A DNA stretch of 64,000 nt from positions 34,407 through 98,406 of the forward strand of contig JBPOIB010000003.1 in NCBI GenBank assembly GCA_052034935.1. The letters run 5' to 3'. A program made the position numbers and the translations under genes. The notes beneath the pieces were generated by a model. That model did not search any database, was not told the DNA's origin, and saw only the letters and a program-made list of their open reading frames with translations. Within the stretch, counting starts at the first letter, position 1. Each line of letters starts with the position of its first letter. Shown here one piece after another: positions 46,777 through 56,012 of this stretch. This DNA is from Candidatus Moraniibacteriota bacterium. GTDB taxonomy: Bacteria; Patescibacteriota; Minisyncoccia; Moranbacterales; UBA1568.

Positions 46777-47880
46777 TCAACAATCCGTCACGCCCGTGCC
46801 ACACATCGATGGGTTCGGATTAAAGTTAACTATTGACTGCTGCACCCCCGTATACTTCCCCGTACCGGTACTACCCTTACCGCCAATATGTTGCTCGGCG
46901 TTACGGAGAAAGACCGCTCCTGGTCCGAGTTCTTTATGTAAATCTGCCCGCGCTGCGTTAAGCTTACTGTCGACCTTGCCCAGTTCTCGATTGATTTTTT
47001 TCGAGACGTCTTCAAATCCTTTCTGATAAAGATTGCTCAGTGCCTGATTCACGAATGCGCCGGCGGCGGAGGAGAGAAGCTCGCCCCACTCTTTAGAGCC
47101 CGTAATGAGCTGGAAAGGGAGTTCTTGGGCCGAGGATGTCAAATCAGCAATAACCGAACCGGGTGAGATTGTTTTCCCATTTTTATCTTTGATTCCTGTA
47201 AACCCCTTCCCGACAATCGCTTCGATTTCATTCTGTTTCTGTCGGGCAGCAACATTTCTCTGAACATTCACCCTTGTCCGATTGGTCATTCCGAGTGGAT
47301 TATTACACGGAAAGGTGACCGTTGCATTCAGGACGCGGAAATCCCCTTTAGCAATCGAGGAAAGCGGATTCGAGGTGTACTGATCCAAATTATATTTGCA
47401 GTTATCAGCAACAAAGGCAGATTTGACTTCACTATTAAGAAGACTCATGTACTGTTTACCGAGAGACTGGATGCTACCGCCCGAAGCAACATAGTTCAAG
47501 ACTGAACCTTTCCCACCCATAGTCTGGGTCAAAAGATCATCCATATAAAGCAGTCCTTCATCGATAGCGGCAGAAAAAATATACTGCCGATAGTCAGTGA
47601 TAAATGCCGGCTTCTTATCCATTCCACCTGATGTAAGCCGGTTCGCCTGATCTCTCGCAATACCAACAGCTACCCGCTTAGCGATACCGAACAAAATCGC
47701 TTTTATCTGCTCCCAAATCGTCTTAAGAGCAAAGCCGAGAAACTCACCGGCGATACTCTCTCCCCAAACACCAGCTCGCACTGGAAGTGGTGCGGATGTC
47801 GTGACGAGAACAACGCTGATGAGAAATGCAGCGATGAATTTACGGCTTTTATTTTTTTGTTGAAATTTTCCAGTAAACAT
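46777..47880 (-). CDS. Hypothetical secreted protein
   Basis: Signal peptide; C-terminal Cys pair; no recognisable domain. Confidence 0.45.
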   Translation of the reverse strand: MFTGKFQQKNKSRKFIAAFLISVVLVTTSAPLPVRAGVWGESIAGEFLGFALKTIWEQIKAILFGIAKRVAVGIARDQANRLTSGGMDKKPAFITDYRQYIFSAAIDEGLLYMDDLLTQTMGGKGSVLNYVASGGSIQSLGKQYMSLLNSEVKSAFVADNCKYNLDQYTSNPLSSIAKGDFRVLNATVTFPCNNPLGMTNRTRVNVQRNVAARQKQNEIEAIVGKGFTGIKDKNGKTISPGSVIADLTSSAQELPFQLITGSKEWGELLSSAAGAFVNQALSNLYQKGFEDVSKKINRELGKVDSKLNAARADLHKELGPGAVFLRNAEQHIGGKGSTGTGKYTGVQQSIVNFNPNPSMCGTGVTDC

Positions 47881-47886
47881 AGCAAC

Positions 47887-48873
47887 CTAGATGTCGAGTG
47901 GTATATTTTCAACCCCGAGCGCGGAAAGATTCGATTGAGTCTCTTTGATGAAACTATCAAGACTTAGGAGGAATCCCTGAAGCTTTGAAAATGAATACAT
48001 CTGGCCGAGCGGATCTTGTGGGCTGACGGAAGTCTTCACCACCTGTTTCAGGTTCGCCGCAAATGTCACCATCTGAAGTGCTTTTACATGCGTTCCAAGC
48101 ATGCTTTCCGGGACCTCAACTTTATTAATTTCTTCCAAAGCCTTTTTTCCACGATCTTCGATAGAGTCAAGAAAGGAATAGTTCCCCGACATCATCCCCA
48201 TTATCATTTTGTTCCCCGAATCAACCAGAAAATTTTGAAGTGATGTTGTGTCTCGAATCTGCACCGGAGCGTTTGAGATGAGAATATAACTTACGAGGGT
48301 CAAGTACTCAATTGCATCTTCCCGAGACTGTTCCTTCTTTTCTTCTTCGGGTAAAACTTCAGCTACCAACTTCACCTTTATATCATCTGTTTTGACTTCG
48401 GGAAGAACTACTTCCTCAGTCCCCTTCGACATCACCTCAGCGATTGCTGTATCCAAATCAGCCGAAGTAATTTCCGGTGTTTCTCCGGACTCAATTTTCT
48501 TATCGAGAATCTCGCCAAACTCCTGACTCGCAATCTCCGTCAAATTCACTTCTGGCTCAACGCCCGGCTCTACAGCGACCGGTTCCTCTGGAATAATACG
48601 ATCGCCAGGTGCTGGTTTGAGTGGATCAAAACCACCTTTAATTTCAACTCCATCACTGTAACTATCTGCATCAGTATCCGCCACGTTCGGATCGGTACCG
48701 TATACTTTTTCTTCATCATTTGAAAGACCATCCCCATCAGCATCATCAAAAACTAAAGAGTCCATTGTAGAGGCTTCATCAGCCACTACATACATGGCGC
48801 TGCTGAAGAGAAAAAGGAAGGCAAAAACGAAAATGCTCCAGCGTAAATTATTTTTTGTTTGTGATATTCCCAT
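47887..48873 (-). CDS. Secreted protein with thrombospondin-type-3/dockerin-like Ca-binding D-x-D repeats
   Basis: Signal peptide; DADGDGLSNDEEKVYGTDPNVADTDADSYSDGVE. Confidence 0.45.
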   Translation of the reverse strand: MGISQTKNNLRWSIFVFAFLFLFSSAMYVVADEASTMDSLVFDDADGDGLSNDEEKVYGTDPNVADTDADSYSDGVEIKGGFDPLKPAPGDRIIPEEPVAVEPGVEPEVNLTEIASQEFGEILDKKIESGETPEITSADLDTAIAEVMSKGTEEVVLPEVKTDDIKVKLVAEVLPEEEKKEQSREDAIEYLTLVSYILISNAPVQIRDTTSLQNFLVDSGNKMIMGMMSGNYSFLDSIEDRGKKALEEINKVEVPESMLGTHVKALQMVTFAANLKQVVKTSVSPQDPLGQMYSFSKLQGFLLSLDSFIKETQSNLSALGVENIPLDI

Positions 48874-49109
48874 ATGAAAAAGTATATCACATCAAACCCT
48901 TTTTTTGTTCAATGTTTCGACACAGCCTCTCAATAAACATTGTCAGTTAATAGATATTTTTTGCCAATTAAATAACCTTCTCATTCATTAAATGACGGAT
49001 GACACAATTAATACAAACGCAAGTAAAATAATATTTTTAAACAACAACTCTTTCTTTCTAGAACTATTTCTAAAAAGTTAGCGAATCTTAATAACACTAA
49101 CCATTTTTC

Positions 49110-50420
49110 CTAAATAATTTTATACAATGTTTTATTATTATTGTCAATATAATAGTATATCAATAGAAGCGCTGTCAAGAAAAGGTACATTCCTTGTTGA
49201 ATATCCCAAAAAAAATGGTCGGTCATTAAATATATGATTAGGAATATTAGAGTAATAAATAGTGAGTTTTTTGTTTCACGTGGAACAATAAGAGGGAATT
49301 TCAGGATACACGCTACTAATAAAAACAACAGAACAACGGGAACGATACCTAACTCTCTATAAATTATATATACGCTACTATGAACCGGCTCAAGCACCCA
49401 CCACTCTACAGGGCTACTGAGACTATCATAACTATATCTATATGTACCTAACCCACTCCCTAAAAAAGTCGCCTGACTAAAATTTGACTGATAGTTGAAC
49501 TGATCTATCCGTGTAGAGTATGATTGTTTAATATCTGATTGATAGAGAATAACTAAAGAAACAGTGATAACAGCGACAATGGCTATTAATATTTGTTTCA
49601 CGTGGAACAAATATTTTATTCTTTCTCCAAGGAAAATAATAAGAAACAGAAAGGCACCTGTTTTCGATCCCGTCAGTAATATAGCAACCCCTATTAAAAC
49701 AGTAGAAAAAAGTATGGCGATTTGTTTCACGTGAAACAAACTTTTATACGTGACTAGCAAAATATACGACAACAGACAGAATGCAGCCAAAACATTAGGG
49801 TGAGGGAATGTTCCATAGCCTCTCAAAATTTTAAAACCAAGTATCTCAGATTTCGCTACATTCAGTGTCTCTGTTGATATTTTTGATTCATTCAACCAAT
49901 ACAGTCCGGCTGAATGATTATTCATGATCTGATAACCAGAAATAGCCACCTGCAACAAAATACTAATCACAACAACCTTGAATACATCTTTCAAAAAAGA
50001 TGTTCCACGTGAAACAATAAGTACTTTCGTTAAAAATATAAACAATAGCGCTAAAGAAGCATGCCAGATGAAAATCAGCGAAAGTATAGGATCAATTGAT
50101 TGAGCCGTATTTAAAGCCAAGTAAGCTACCGCTAATAGGGGAAGTAATTGTTCCACGTGGAACCAGTTTTTTAGTCTGTTCTTAATGTTTTTATTAATTG
50201 ACTTTATTACTTTTATATTGTTTAATATATATAAAACAAACATGAAGACAAGAATCACCTCTCCAAGATAAAGTGACACATCCATGTATTCATTGAACGG
50301 TCCGCCAGCCATCCCACGACTTTCAGTCAATATAAAGCGCCAGGAGAAGGGGAACTGCCAAAGGAATGCGAGGTACAGAATCACATCGCCATCCTGAAAT
50401 AATCGCTTTATCACAGTCAT
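49110..50420 (-). CDS. O-antigen ligase / Wzy_C-family polytopic membrane protein (AT-rich gene)
   Basis: About 12 TM helices; LLTGSKTGAFLFLI motif. Local GC is far below the window average. Confidence 0.6.
   Translation of the reverse strand: MTVIKRLFQDGDVILYLAFLWQFPFSWRFILTESRGMAGGPFNEYMDVSLYLGEVILVFMFVLYILNNIKVIKSINKNIKNRLKNWFHVEQLLPLLAVAYLALNTAQSIDPILSLIFIWHASLALLFIFLTKVLIVSRGTSFLKDVFKVVVISILLQVAISGYQIMNNHSAGLYWLNESKISTETLNVAKSEILGFKILRGYGTFPHPNVLAAFCLLSYILLVTYKSLFHVKQIAILFSTVLIGVAILLTGSKTGAFLFLIIFLGERIKYLFHVKQILIAIVAVITVSLVILYQSDIKQSYSTRIDQFNYQSNFSQATFLGSGLGTYRYSYDSLSSPVEWWVLEPVHSSVYIIYRELGIVPVVLLFLLVACILKFPLIVPRETKNSLFITLIFLIIYLMTDHFFWDIQQGMYLFLTALLLIYYYIDNNNKTLYKII
49271..50165. repeat. 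Five copies of an 18-bp palindrome, TTGTTYCACGTGRAACAA, inside the ligase-like CDS
   Basis: Copies at 49271-49288, 49593-49610, 49722-49739, 50001-50018 and 50148-50165. They are translated in two different frames (LFHV(K/E)Q three times, V(S/P)R(G/E)T twice). Confidence 0.85.
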
Positions 50421-50577
50421 AATAGTCCTTTAGTATAGCGCAAAGACGATATATTTCTAGGGATCGAATTGACGAAATACAAAATCTGGCTATGATTGTA
50501 AGGTGCTTCTTCATTTCCGTTTAGATGAGTTTAAGAAAGGTAACTCGTCGAACGATACAGGAAGCCATCATTTTTTT

Positions 50578-50653
50578 GGGCCATTAGCTCATTTGGTAGA
50601 GCACTTCCATGGCATGGAAGGGGTGGCCGGTTCGAATCCGGCATGGTCCACCA
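50578..50653 (+). tRNA. tRNA-Ala(GGC)
   Basis: Acceptor GGGCCAT/ATGGTCC with the G3:U70 pair; anticodon arm CTTCC-ATGGCAT-GGAAG; T-arm GCCGG-TTCGAAT-CCGGC; encoded CCA. Confidence 0.8.
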
Positions 50654-50655
50654 CT

Positions 50656-50684
50656 TAGCCCTTTTCTGGGCTTTTTTGCTACTT
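50656..50684 (+). terminator. Rho-independent terminator after tRNA-Ala
   Basis: AGCCC-TTTTCT-GGGCT, then T6. Confidence 0.6.
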
Positions 50685-50864
50685 ATCCCCGAGTTATCCA
50701 CTTATTTCCTCTGCTACAATAGGTACATCCTTGCCAGAGTCATCATTATCCTTTAAAGTAACCAGTCGTCCCGATGCTGTTTACCTCAGTTTTCCGTGAA
50801 TACTGAAGGAATTGCACCCCCGACAAGGATAAGCTTCAGAATAGGAGTCCGAGAGATTCCCCAT

Positions 50865-50937
50865 GCCCCGGTAGCTCAATGGATAGAGCAAGCGCGTCCT
50901 AAGCGTGAGATCTAGGTTCGATTCCTGGTCGGGGCAC
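50865..50937 (+). tRNA. tRNA-Arg(CCU)
   Basis: Acceptor GCCCCGG/TCGGGGC; D-arm GCTC..GAGC; anticodon loop GTCCTAA (U33, CCT, A37); T-arm CTAGG-TTCGATT-CCTGG. Confidence 0.75.
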
Positions 50938-50979
50938 TCCCACAACAATAATCTATCGTAATCTGTCCTCGGTACTCCT

Positions 50980-51327
50980 ATGCATAGTCGCATCACCCAG
51001 CTCAATGACCTCATCCGTGACGCCGTCAGCAGCCTTTTTGTCCGCGAACTCTCTCTCAAAGAGGGGGTGATCATCACTGTTGCTCGCGTTTCAACGGCGA
51101 GAAATCTCCGCTCGACCCATGTCGCGGTCAGTGTTTTTCCGATAGCTGAGCGCCCGTATGCGATGAAGACCCTCGAGCATGAGTCACGAGAACTCCAGAA
51201 ACTGCTGCACCGGATGATCGCTACCCGGCCGCTGCCAAAGCTTTTCTTCGAACTTGATACCACCGAGGAGAAGGCTGATGAGGTCGAGCACCTCCTGATG
51301 GATATTCGAAAATCTGATACGGAGTAA
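50980..51327 (+). CDS. rbfA: Ribosome-binding factor A
   Basis: KH-like RbfA pattern ...ITVARVSTARNLRSTHVAVSVF...LFFELDTT. Confidence 0.8.
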   Translation: MHSRITQLNDLIRDAVSSLFVRELSLKEGVIITVARVSTARNLRSTHVAVSVFPIAERPYAMKTLEHESRELQKLLHRMIATRPLPKLFFELDTTEEKADEVEHLLMDIRKSDTE

Positions 51328-51334
51328 TCCTGCT

Positions 51335-52294
51335 ATGCGTTTTTTTGGTAAAGAATTCAAAACACTCCAGTTCGTTATCGACAAGGCCGAGTCGATCCTC
51401 CTCGTCGCACACAAACGTCCCGACCCGGATACTGTCGGAGCGAACCTCGCCCTCAAGTACTATCTCGAGTCGATTGGAAAAAAAACGACCATTGTTTGCT
51501 ACGATCCATTCCCTGAATCGCTCGGCAATCTTTTCCATGAGACCTTCTACCATCCTGATCAAATTGACCTCAGTAATTTTGATGCGGTCATTGCAGCTGA
51601 TTCCGTCGATCGCGGCTTCCATCTTTTCGCCGACCGGTTCGATGAACGTCAGGTAATCGTTCTTATCGATCATCATCCGGACATCTCACTCGAAGGAGAC
51701 ATCGTGATGATTGACCCAAAGTATTCTTCGTCCTGTGAGCTCATCTATTTGTTCCTGACGCATATCCAGGCGCGCATCAGCAAAAATGTAGCGACCGCAC
51801 TTTTGACTGGTATTCTTTTTGATACGGGAAATTTTCAACATTCCTCCGTTTCGCCACAAGTCATGGATATCGCCTCACGACTCATGAAGCTCGGCGCGCC
51901 ACTCACCAAAATATCTAACACCATCTTCACGAACAAAAACGTCTCCGCCATGAAGCTGTGGGGGAAGGCCCTCGAAAAAGCAAAATTCGTTCCGCAGTCC
52001 GGACTCCTCGTCACCGCCGTAACACAGTACGATATCGATGAATGCGAGGCGACATCAGACGACATCTATCAAGTTGCCTCGATTCTCTCAACTGTTCCAG
52101 AGGCCCGCTTTGCCCTTGTCCTTTCTGAGCGTGATACCGAAACTGTACGAGGGAGTCTCCGCGCTTCCGAGCATCACGGTATAGATGTCTCGGCTATCGC
52201 ACACGAGCTCGGCGGCGGCGGACATAAGCTTGCGAGCGGATTTGAGGTCAAAGGAAAGATTATCGAGACGGCGGAAGGCTGGCACGTTATGTAA
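51335..52294 (+). CDS. DHH-family phosphoesterase (NrnA-like nanoRNase / pAp phosphatase)
   Basis: DHH motif VLIDHHPD; DHHA1 GGGGH motif near the C-terminus. Confidence 0.8.
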   Translation: MRFFGKEFKTLQFVIDKAESILLVAHKRPDPDTVGANLALKYYLESIGKKTTIVCYDPFPESLGNLFHETFYHPDQIDLSNFDAVIAADSVDRGFHLFADRFDERQVIVLIDHHPDISLEGDIVMIDPKYSSSCELIYLFLTHIQARISKNVATALLTGILFDTGNFQHSSVSPQVMDIASRLMKLGAPLTKISNTIFTNKNVSAMKLWGKALEKAKFVPQSGLLVTAVTQYDIDECEATSDDIYQVASILSTVPEARFALVLSERDTETVRGSLRASEHHGIDVSAIAHELGGGGHKLASGFEVKGKIIETAEGWHVM

Positions 52295-52330
52295 GGAGAC
52301 AGGGCGATATAAAACTGAGCCATATACGGT

Positions 52331-52918
52331 ATGAACAAATCTGATGCGCTCAAGGTTCTCAATGCGCGAATGATCATCGAATGTCCATGCGCTCTGCGCG
52401 AGACAGCAACACAGGCGGTGCCGGGTGACGGTTCGGCAGATGCGGAAATCATGTTCATCGGCGAAGCACCGGGCAAGAATGAGGATGAGCAAGGGGTTCC
52501 TTTTATCGGTGCGGCCGGAAAATTTCTCGCCGAGATGCTTGCCGCCATCGGTCTCAAACGTGAGGATATTTATATCACAAACGTCGTGAAATACCGGCCG
52601 CCCGACAACCGCGACCCAAACCCTGAAGAAATCGAAGCCTGCATGCCGTGGCTCCACGAGCAGATTAGGATTATCAAACCAAAAATCATTATTACACTCG
52701 GCCGCCACGCGATGGAGCATTTCATTCCCGGAAAGAAAATCTCAGAAGTCCACGGCCAGGCCTTTCGTCGTATCTTCGATGACATTGGTCCACAGGTGTT
52801 CTTCGCCCTCTACCATCCAGCTGCAGCACTCTACAACGGTGGCATGCGCCAGACCCTCATCGAGGACTTTAAAAAGATTCCGAAAGTCGTAGAAAAATTG
52901 AAATCAAAAGAAAGATAA
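52331..52918 (+). CDS. Uracil-DNA glycosylase, family 4
   Basis: GEAPGKNEDEQGVPFIGAAGKFL; Cys residues for the Fe-S cluster. Confidence 0.85.
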   Translation: MNKSDALKVLNARMIIECPCALRETATQAVPGDGSADAEIMFIGEAPGKNEDEQGVPFIGAAGKFLAEMLAAIGLKREDIYITNVVKYRPPDNRDPNPEEIEACMPWLHEQIRIIKPKIIITLGRHAMEHFIPGKKISEVHGQAFRRIFDDIGPQVFFALYHPAAALYNGGMRQTLIEDFKKIPKVVEKLKSKER

Positions 52919-52945
52919 AATCCCGATCACTCGGGATTTTTTTTA
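52919..52945 (+). terminator. Rho-independent terminator after the UDG gene
   Basis: ATCCCGA-TCAC-TCGGGAT, then T8. Confidence 0.7.
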
Positions 52946-52953
52946 AAATTGTG

Positions 52954-54060
52954 CTACGACCTTTTATCCAGTGTAAAGAAGACGACTTCTTGCGAAGTAC
53001 CAAAACGCTGCGGCGGTCCCCAACTTCCGGCACCACTCGTCGTATACACCAGAGCATCACCATACGGCTTCAATCCAAAATCATAGCCCTTGTACACAAA
53101 CCAGGTGATGACGCTGAAAGGCCACATCTGTCCCTCATGCGTATGGCCATGGAGAGTAAAGTCTGCACCGGAACCGACGAGCTCACCAATATTCCTCGGA
53201 ATATGTTTGAGTACGATGGTCGGTAGCTCTGGATTCACATGAAGATGCATCATCACCATCTCGGTTGCTTCAGGTGTCCGCGTCGTCACGAAATCGAGAC
53301 CGACAACCTGGAGACCATTCTCTTCGATCCGCTTATCATTGATAACCCGGAAGCCGGCTGACTGGAGCGAACGGAGAAAGCCAATCGTGTCGCCATACTC
53401 TTCATGATTACCAGAAACAAAATAGGTTGGTATGCGCTTCGTCAGTCTCTCGAACGGCTTCGTCACGAGATCGGGGTCAATCGGCGGGCCATCAAAAAAA
53501 TCTCCGCCCATGAGAATGAGTGACGGGTCTTCGGCCTCGATCAACTGGACGATGTCTTCGGCCGTTCGATTGCGGTGAATATTTCCGAAGTGCGAATCAG
53601 CAAAAAAAGCAATCTTTTTTCCTATCCAGTGTTCGGGTAATTTCGGCAAAGCGATGGTGAGATACCTAGAATGAATCTGAAAGCCATTCCAGAGAGCGAA
53701 ACCGTTGAAGCCAAGAGCGGTAAGGAAAACAACGCAAGCGAACCAGGGCGAAAGTGTCGATCCCGAAAGCTCGGCAAAAAGCGAAATAAGAGAGATGGTC
53801 ACCGCAGCCAGAAAAAGAAAGTGCACCGTTCCTAGCCACATCGCGGCGTAAAAGTACATCATGCGTGTCACTTGGCCCGGTAGGAAGCGGGTGAAGATAT
53901 TGAAAGTGACATAAGAGAAAGAAAGTACGATAACGAAACTAAAGAAAGCAGAGTGCGCCCACCCCGAAAGAGGCCAGTAGTTATCGAGAACACTCCAGAC
54001 CGTGTAGTGGACAAAAGTAATGAGCGACTGGACAACGACAAGAAAAGCAGCGATACCCAT
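52954..54060 (-). CDS. Membrane-anchored calcineurin-like metallophosphoesterase
   Basis: N-terminal TM helices; GDFFDGPP, GNHE and GHTHEG motifs. The start is moved to MGIAAF (54060) because the longer ORF would overlap tRNA-Leu. Confidence 0.75.
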   Translation of the reverse strand: MGIAAFLVVVQSLITFVHYTVWSVLDNYWPLSGWAHSAFFSFVIVLSFSYVTFNIFTRFLPGQVTRMMYFYAAMWLGTVHFLFLAAVTISLISLFAELSGSTLSPWFACVVFLTALGFNGFALWNGFQIHSRYLTIALPKLPEHWIGKKIAFFADSHFGNIHRNRTAEDIVQLIEAEDPSLILMGGDFFDGPPIDPDLVTKPFERLTKRIPTYFVSGNHEEYGDTIGFLRSLQSAGFRVINDKRIEENGLQVVGLDFVTTRTPEATEMVMMHLHVNPELPTIVLKHIPRNIGELVGSGADFTLHGHTHEGQMWPFSVITWFVYKGYDFGLKPYGDALVYTTSGAGSWGPPQRFGTSQEVVFFTLDKRS

Positions 54061-54101
54061 AGCGTATATGTTCGTACAGGTATTGTAGCAAACCAATTGA
54101 G

Positions 54102-54185
54102 TGCCGAGGGTGGGACTCGAACCCACACGGCTTATTCAGCCAAGAGATTTTAAGTCTCCGATGTCTACCATTCCATCACCCCGGC
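54102..54185 (-). tRNA. tRNA-Leu(UAA)
   Basis: Reverse complement gives GCCGGGG...CCTCGGC acceptor, anticodon arm GGAGA-CTTAAAA-TCTCT, a long variable arm, and T-arm GTGGG-TTCGAGT-CCCAC. Confidence 0.85.
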
Positions 54186-54194
54186 AAATTTTTC

Positions 54195-54268
54195 TGGAGG
54201 TCGCGTCCGGAGTTGAACCGGAGTAAAGGGTTTTGCAGACCCGTGCCTAACCGCTCGGCCACGCGACC
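54195..54268 (-). tRNA. tRNA-Cys(GCA)
   Basis: Reverse complement GGTCGCG...CGCGACC-T-CCA; anticodon arm CGGGT-CTGCAAA-ACCCT; T-arm TCCGG-TTCAACT-CCGGA. Confidence 0.85.
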
Positions 54269-54358
54269 ATCTCTGCGCGCTAAAACATTGGAAGCCTAGC
54301 AAAGGCCCTCGTCTGCGTCAATCAAAGCAAGAAGGGGCTTTCGCCCCTTCTTTATCAC

Positions 54359-54895
54359 TTAATTGATGATTTCCGCCTCGAGATTCTGGCGACCGAAGGC
54401 GAACGCCTCGCTCTTGGTCTCCATATAGATATCAATTTTGTTGCCCTTGATTGCACCACCCCGGTCTTCACAGCGGAATTCGCCCATACCGTCAATGTGG
54501 AGTTTAGTCCCGAAGGGAAGCTCTCTCGGACAAGCGAGTGTCCGGTTCGCCTCTACTTTGAGACCAGAGGCCGTAATACCGTCGGACTTACCGCATTCAT
54601 CGGCCGCAGCTGTATAGGCCGAAGCATTAATGGTGAAGCGCTTGCCGGTTTCCAGCTTGGCCCAAAGAGCGGCTTGCTTTTCTTTCCAGCGAGCAAGTTT
54701 CTTCTCGTCCGCCGTCATTTCGCCTTTTTCGGTCACGATCGGCTCATTCTCCTTGGTCGCAAACGTCCAGATAAGGAGGAGCGGGTCTTGAGCGAGGTCA
54801 TATTTCGGCGCAAGGGGAACCTCAGCTGCCTTAGCAGCTGGGCTAAAGAGAGAAAGTCCGATAACGAGGCTCGCCACGAGGGGGAGAAATCGCAT
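54359..54895 (-). CDS. Secreted 3D-domain (MltA-like) protein
   Basis: Signal peptide, then GKSDGITASGLKVEANRTLACPRELPFGTKLHIDGMGEFRCEDRGGAIKGNKIDIY. Confidence 0.75.
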   Translation of the reverse strand: MRFLPLVASLVIGLSLFSPAAKAAEVPLAPKYDLAQDPLLLIWTFATKENEPIVTEKGEMTADEKKLARWKEKQAALWAKLETGKRFTINASAYTAAADECGKSDGITASGLKVEANRTLACPRELPFGTKLHIDGMGEFRCEDRGGAIKGNKIDIYMETKSEAFAFGRQNLEAEIIN

Positions 54896-55172
54896 ATTGT
54901 ACCTTTACACATAAGCCAGTCGGGAGGAAACAACACCTTTCCGACTAGGTCCGTTTTTCAACGTAACGATACATATTAGCACATATTTTATATTCTGTCA
55001 ATACTTTAACAGTCTCGCTCGCTTTTCAACACACGAGTAAGGTACCATTCTATTTTTTGGCTCAAATAAGCCATATTAAAGATTACGTAGCCGGAGAGTA
55101 CCGCGACATCATGACTATGGCATCAAAAAACAGGACCGCCGCTTTTGGGGGTCCTGTTTCGCCTCTTTCCTA

Positions 55173-55559
55173 CTAACGGATCACTTCGCGGAGGATTTTG
55201 ATCACTTTCGGCGGCGAAGTCAGGGCTTTTACGAGATAGAAGTGGGTTTCGAACTCGCCGACTTTCTTGAAAGACTCCTGGTCATCGGCATTCGAGAGGA
55301 TGACGACCGGGATATTGCGGAGCTTCGGATCAGCTCCGAGCTCGGCCAAGACTTCGAAACCATTCTTCTTGGGCATCTGGAGGTCGAGGATAATCGCGTC
55401 CGGCACATGCTGGCGAATGAGCGCGATACCTTCTTCGCCATCCTTGGCGAGTACCGCATCAAAATTCTCTCGGTTCAGATTGAGGAGATATATTTCGCGC
55501 AAGTCAGCATCATCATCGATAACGCAAACCTTGTGACGATTGAATGGTTGATTACTCAT
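55173..55559 (-). CDS. Stand-alone response-regulator receiver domain (CheY-like)
   Basis: VCVIDDDADLREIY...AIILDLQMPKKNGFEVL with the phospho-acceptor Asp. Confidence 0.85.
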   Translation of the reverse strand: MSNQPFNRHKVCVIDDDADLREIYLLNLNRENFDAVLAKDGEEGIALIRQHVPDAIILDLQMPKKNGFEVLAELGADPKLRNIPVVILSNADDQESFKKVGEFETHFYLVKALTSPPKVIKILREVIR

Positions 55560-55601
55560 GCCAATAGTATATCACTTCTGAAAGAAACATCTCAAGGTAT
55601 A

Positions 55602-56009
55602 ATGAAGCCACCTCCTATGCCTTGGAACCAACTCACAACCGAAGAAGCGCGCATCATCGTCGGACGGGGGACCGAGGTTCCATTTTCGGGCGAATACGAT
55701 TCGCTGTTTACTCGTGGCACGTACCTCTGCCGCCGCTGCAATGCGCCACTCTATGATGCAAAGACGAAATTCGATGCTGGTTGTGGCTGGCCCGCTTTTG
55801 ACGATAATTTTCCGGGCGCCGTAAAACGACTCACGGATGCGGATGGCCACCGGATCGAAATCCGCTGCGCGCACTGTGACGCCCATCTCGGCCATATCTT
55901 CGAAGGCGAACGCCTCACCGAAAAAGATACCCGCCACTGCGTGAATTCACTTTCAATGCGATTTGTTCCAGTTGACGAAGATTTCCCACCCATACTCGAC
56001 AAAGAATAG
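55602..56009 (+). CDS. msrB: Peptide-methionine (R)-S-oxide reductase
   Basis: CGWPAF and the RC..C..HLGHIF zinc and catalytic Cys motifs. Confidence 0.9.
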   Translation: MKPPPMPWNQLTTEEARIIVGRGTEVPFSGEYDSLFTRGTYLCRRCNAPLYDAKTKFDAGCGWPAFDDNFPGAVKRLTDADGHRIEIRCAHCDAHLGHIFEGERLTEKDTRHCVNSLSMRFVPVDEDFPPILDKE

Positions 56010-56012
56010 GCT

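Noticed and set aside
50578-50653. Extended 8-bp anticodon stem in tRNA-Ala (CTTCCATG/CATGGAAG)
   Set aside because: The sequence is compatible with a normal 5-bp stem and 7-nt loop with anticodon GGC, and it carries the G3:U70 Ala identity pair. Nothing suggests an intron or pseudo-tRNA.
52954-54126. Full-length 390-aa form of the metallophosphoesterase ORF
   Set aside because: Its first 22 codons would overlap tRNA-Leu(UAA) at 54102-54185. The internal Met at 54060 gives a sensible TM start.
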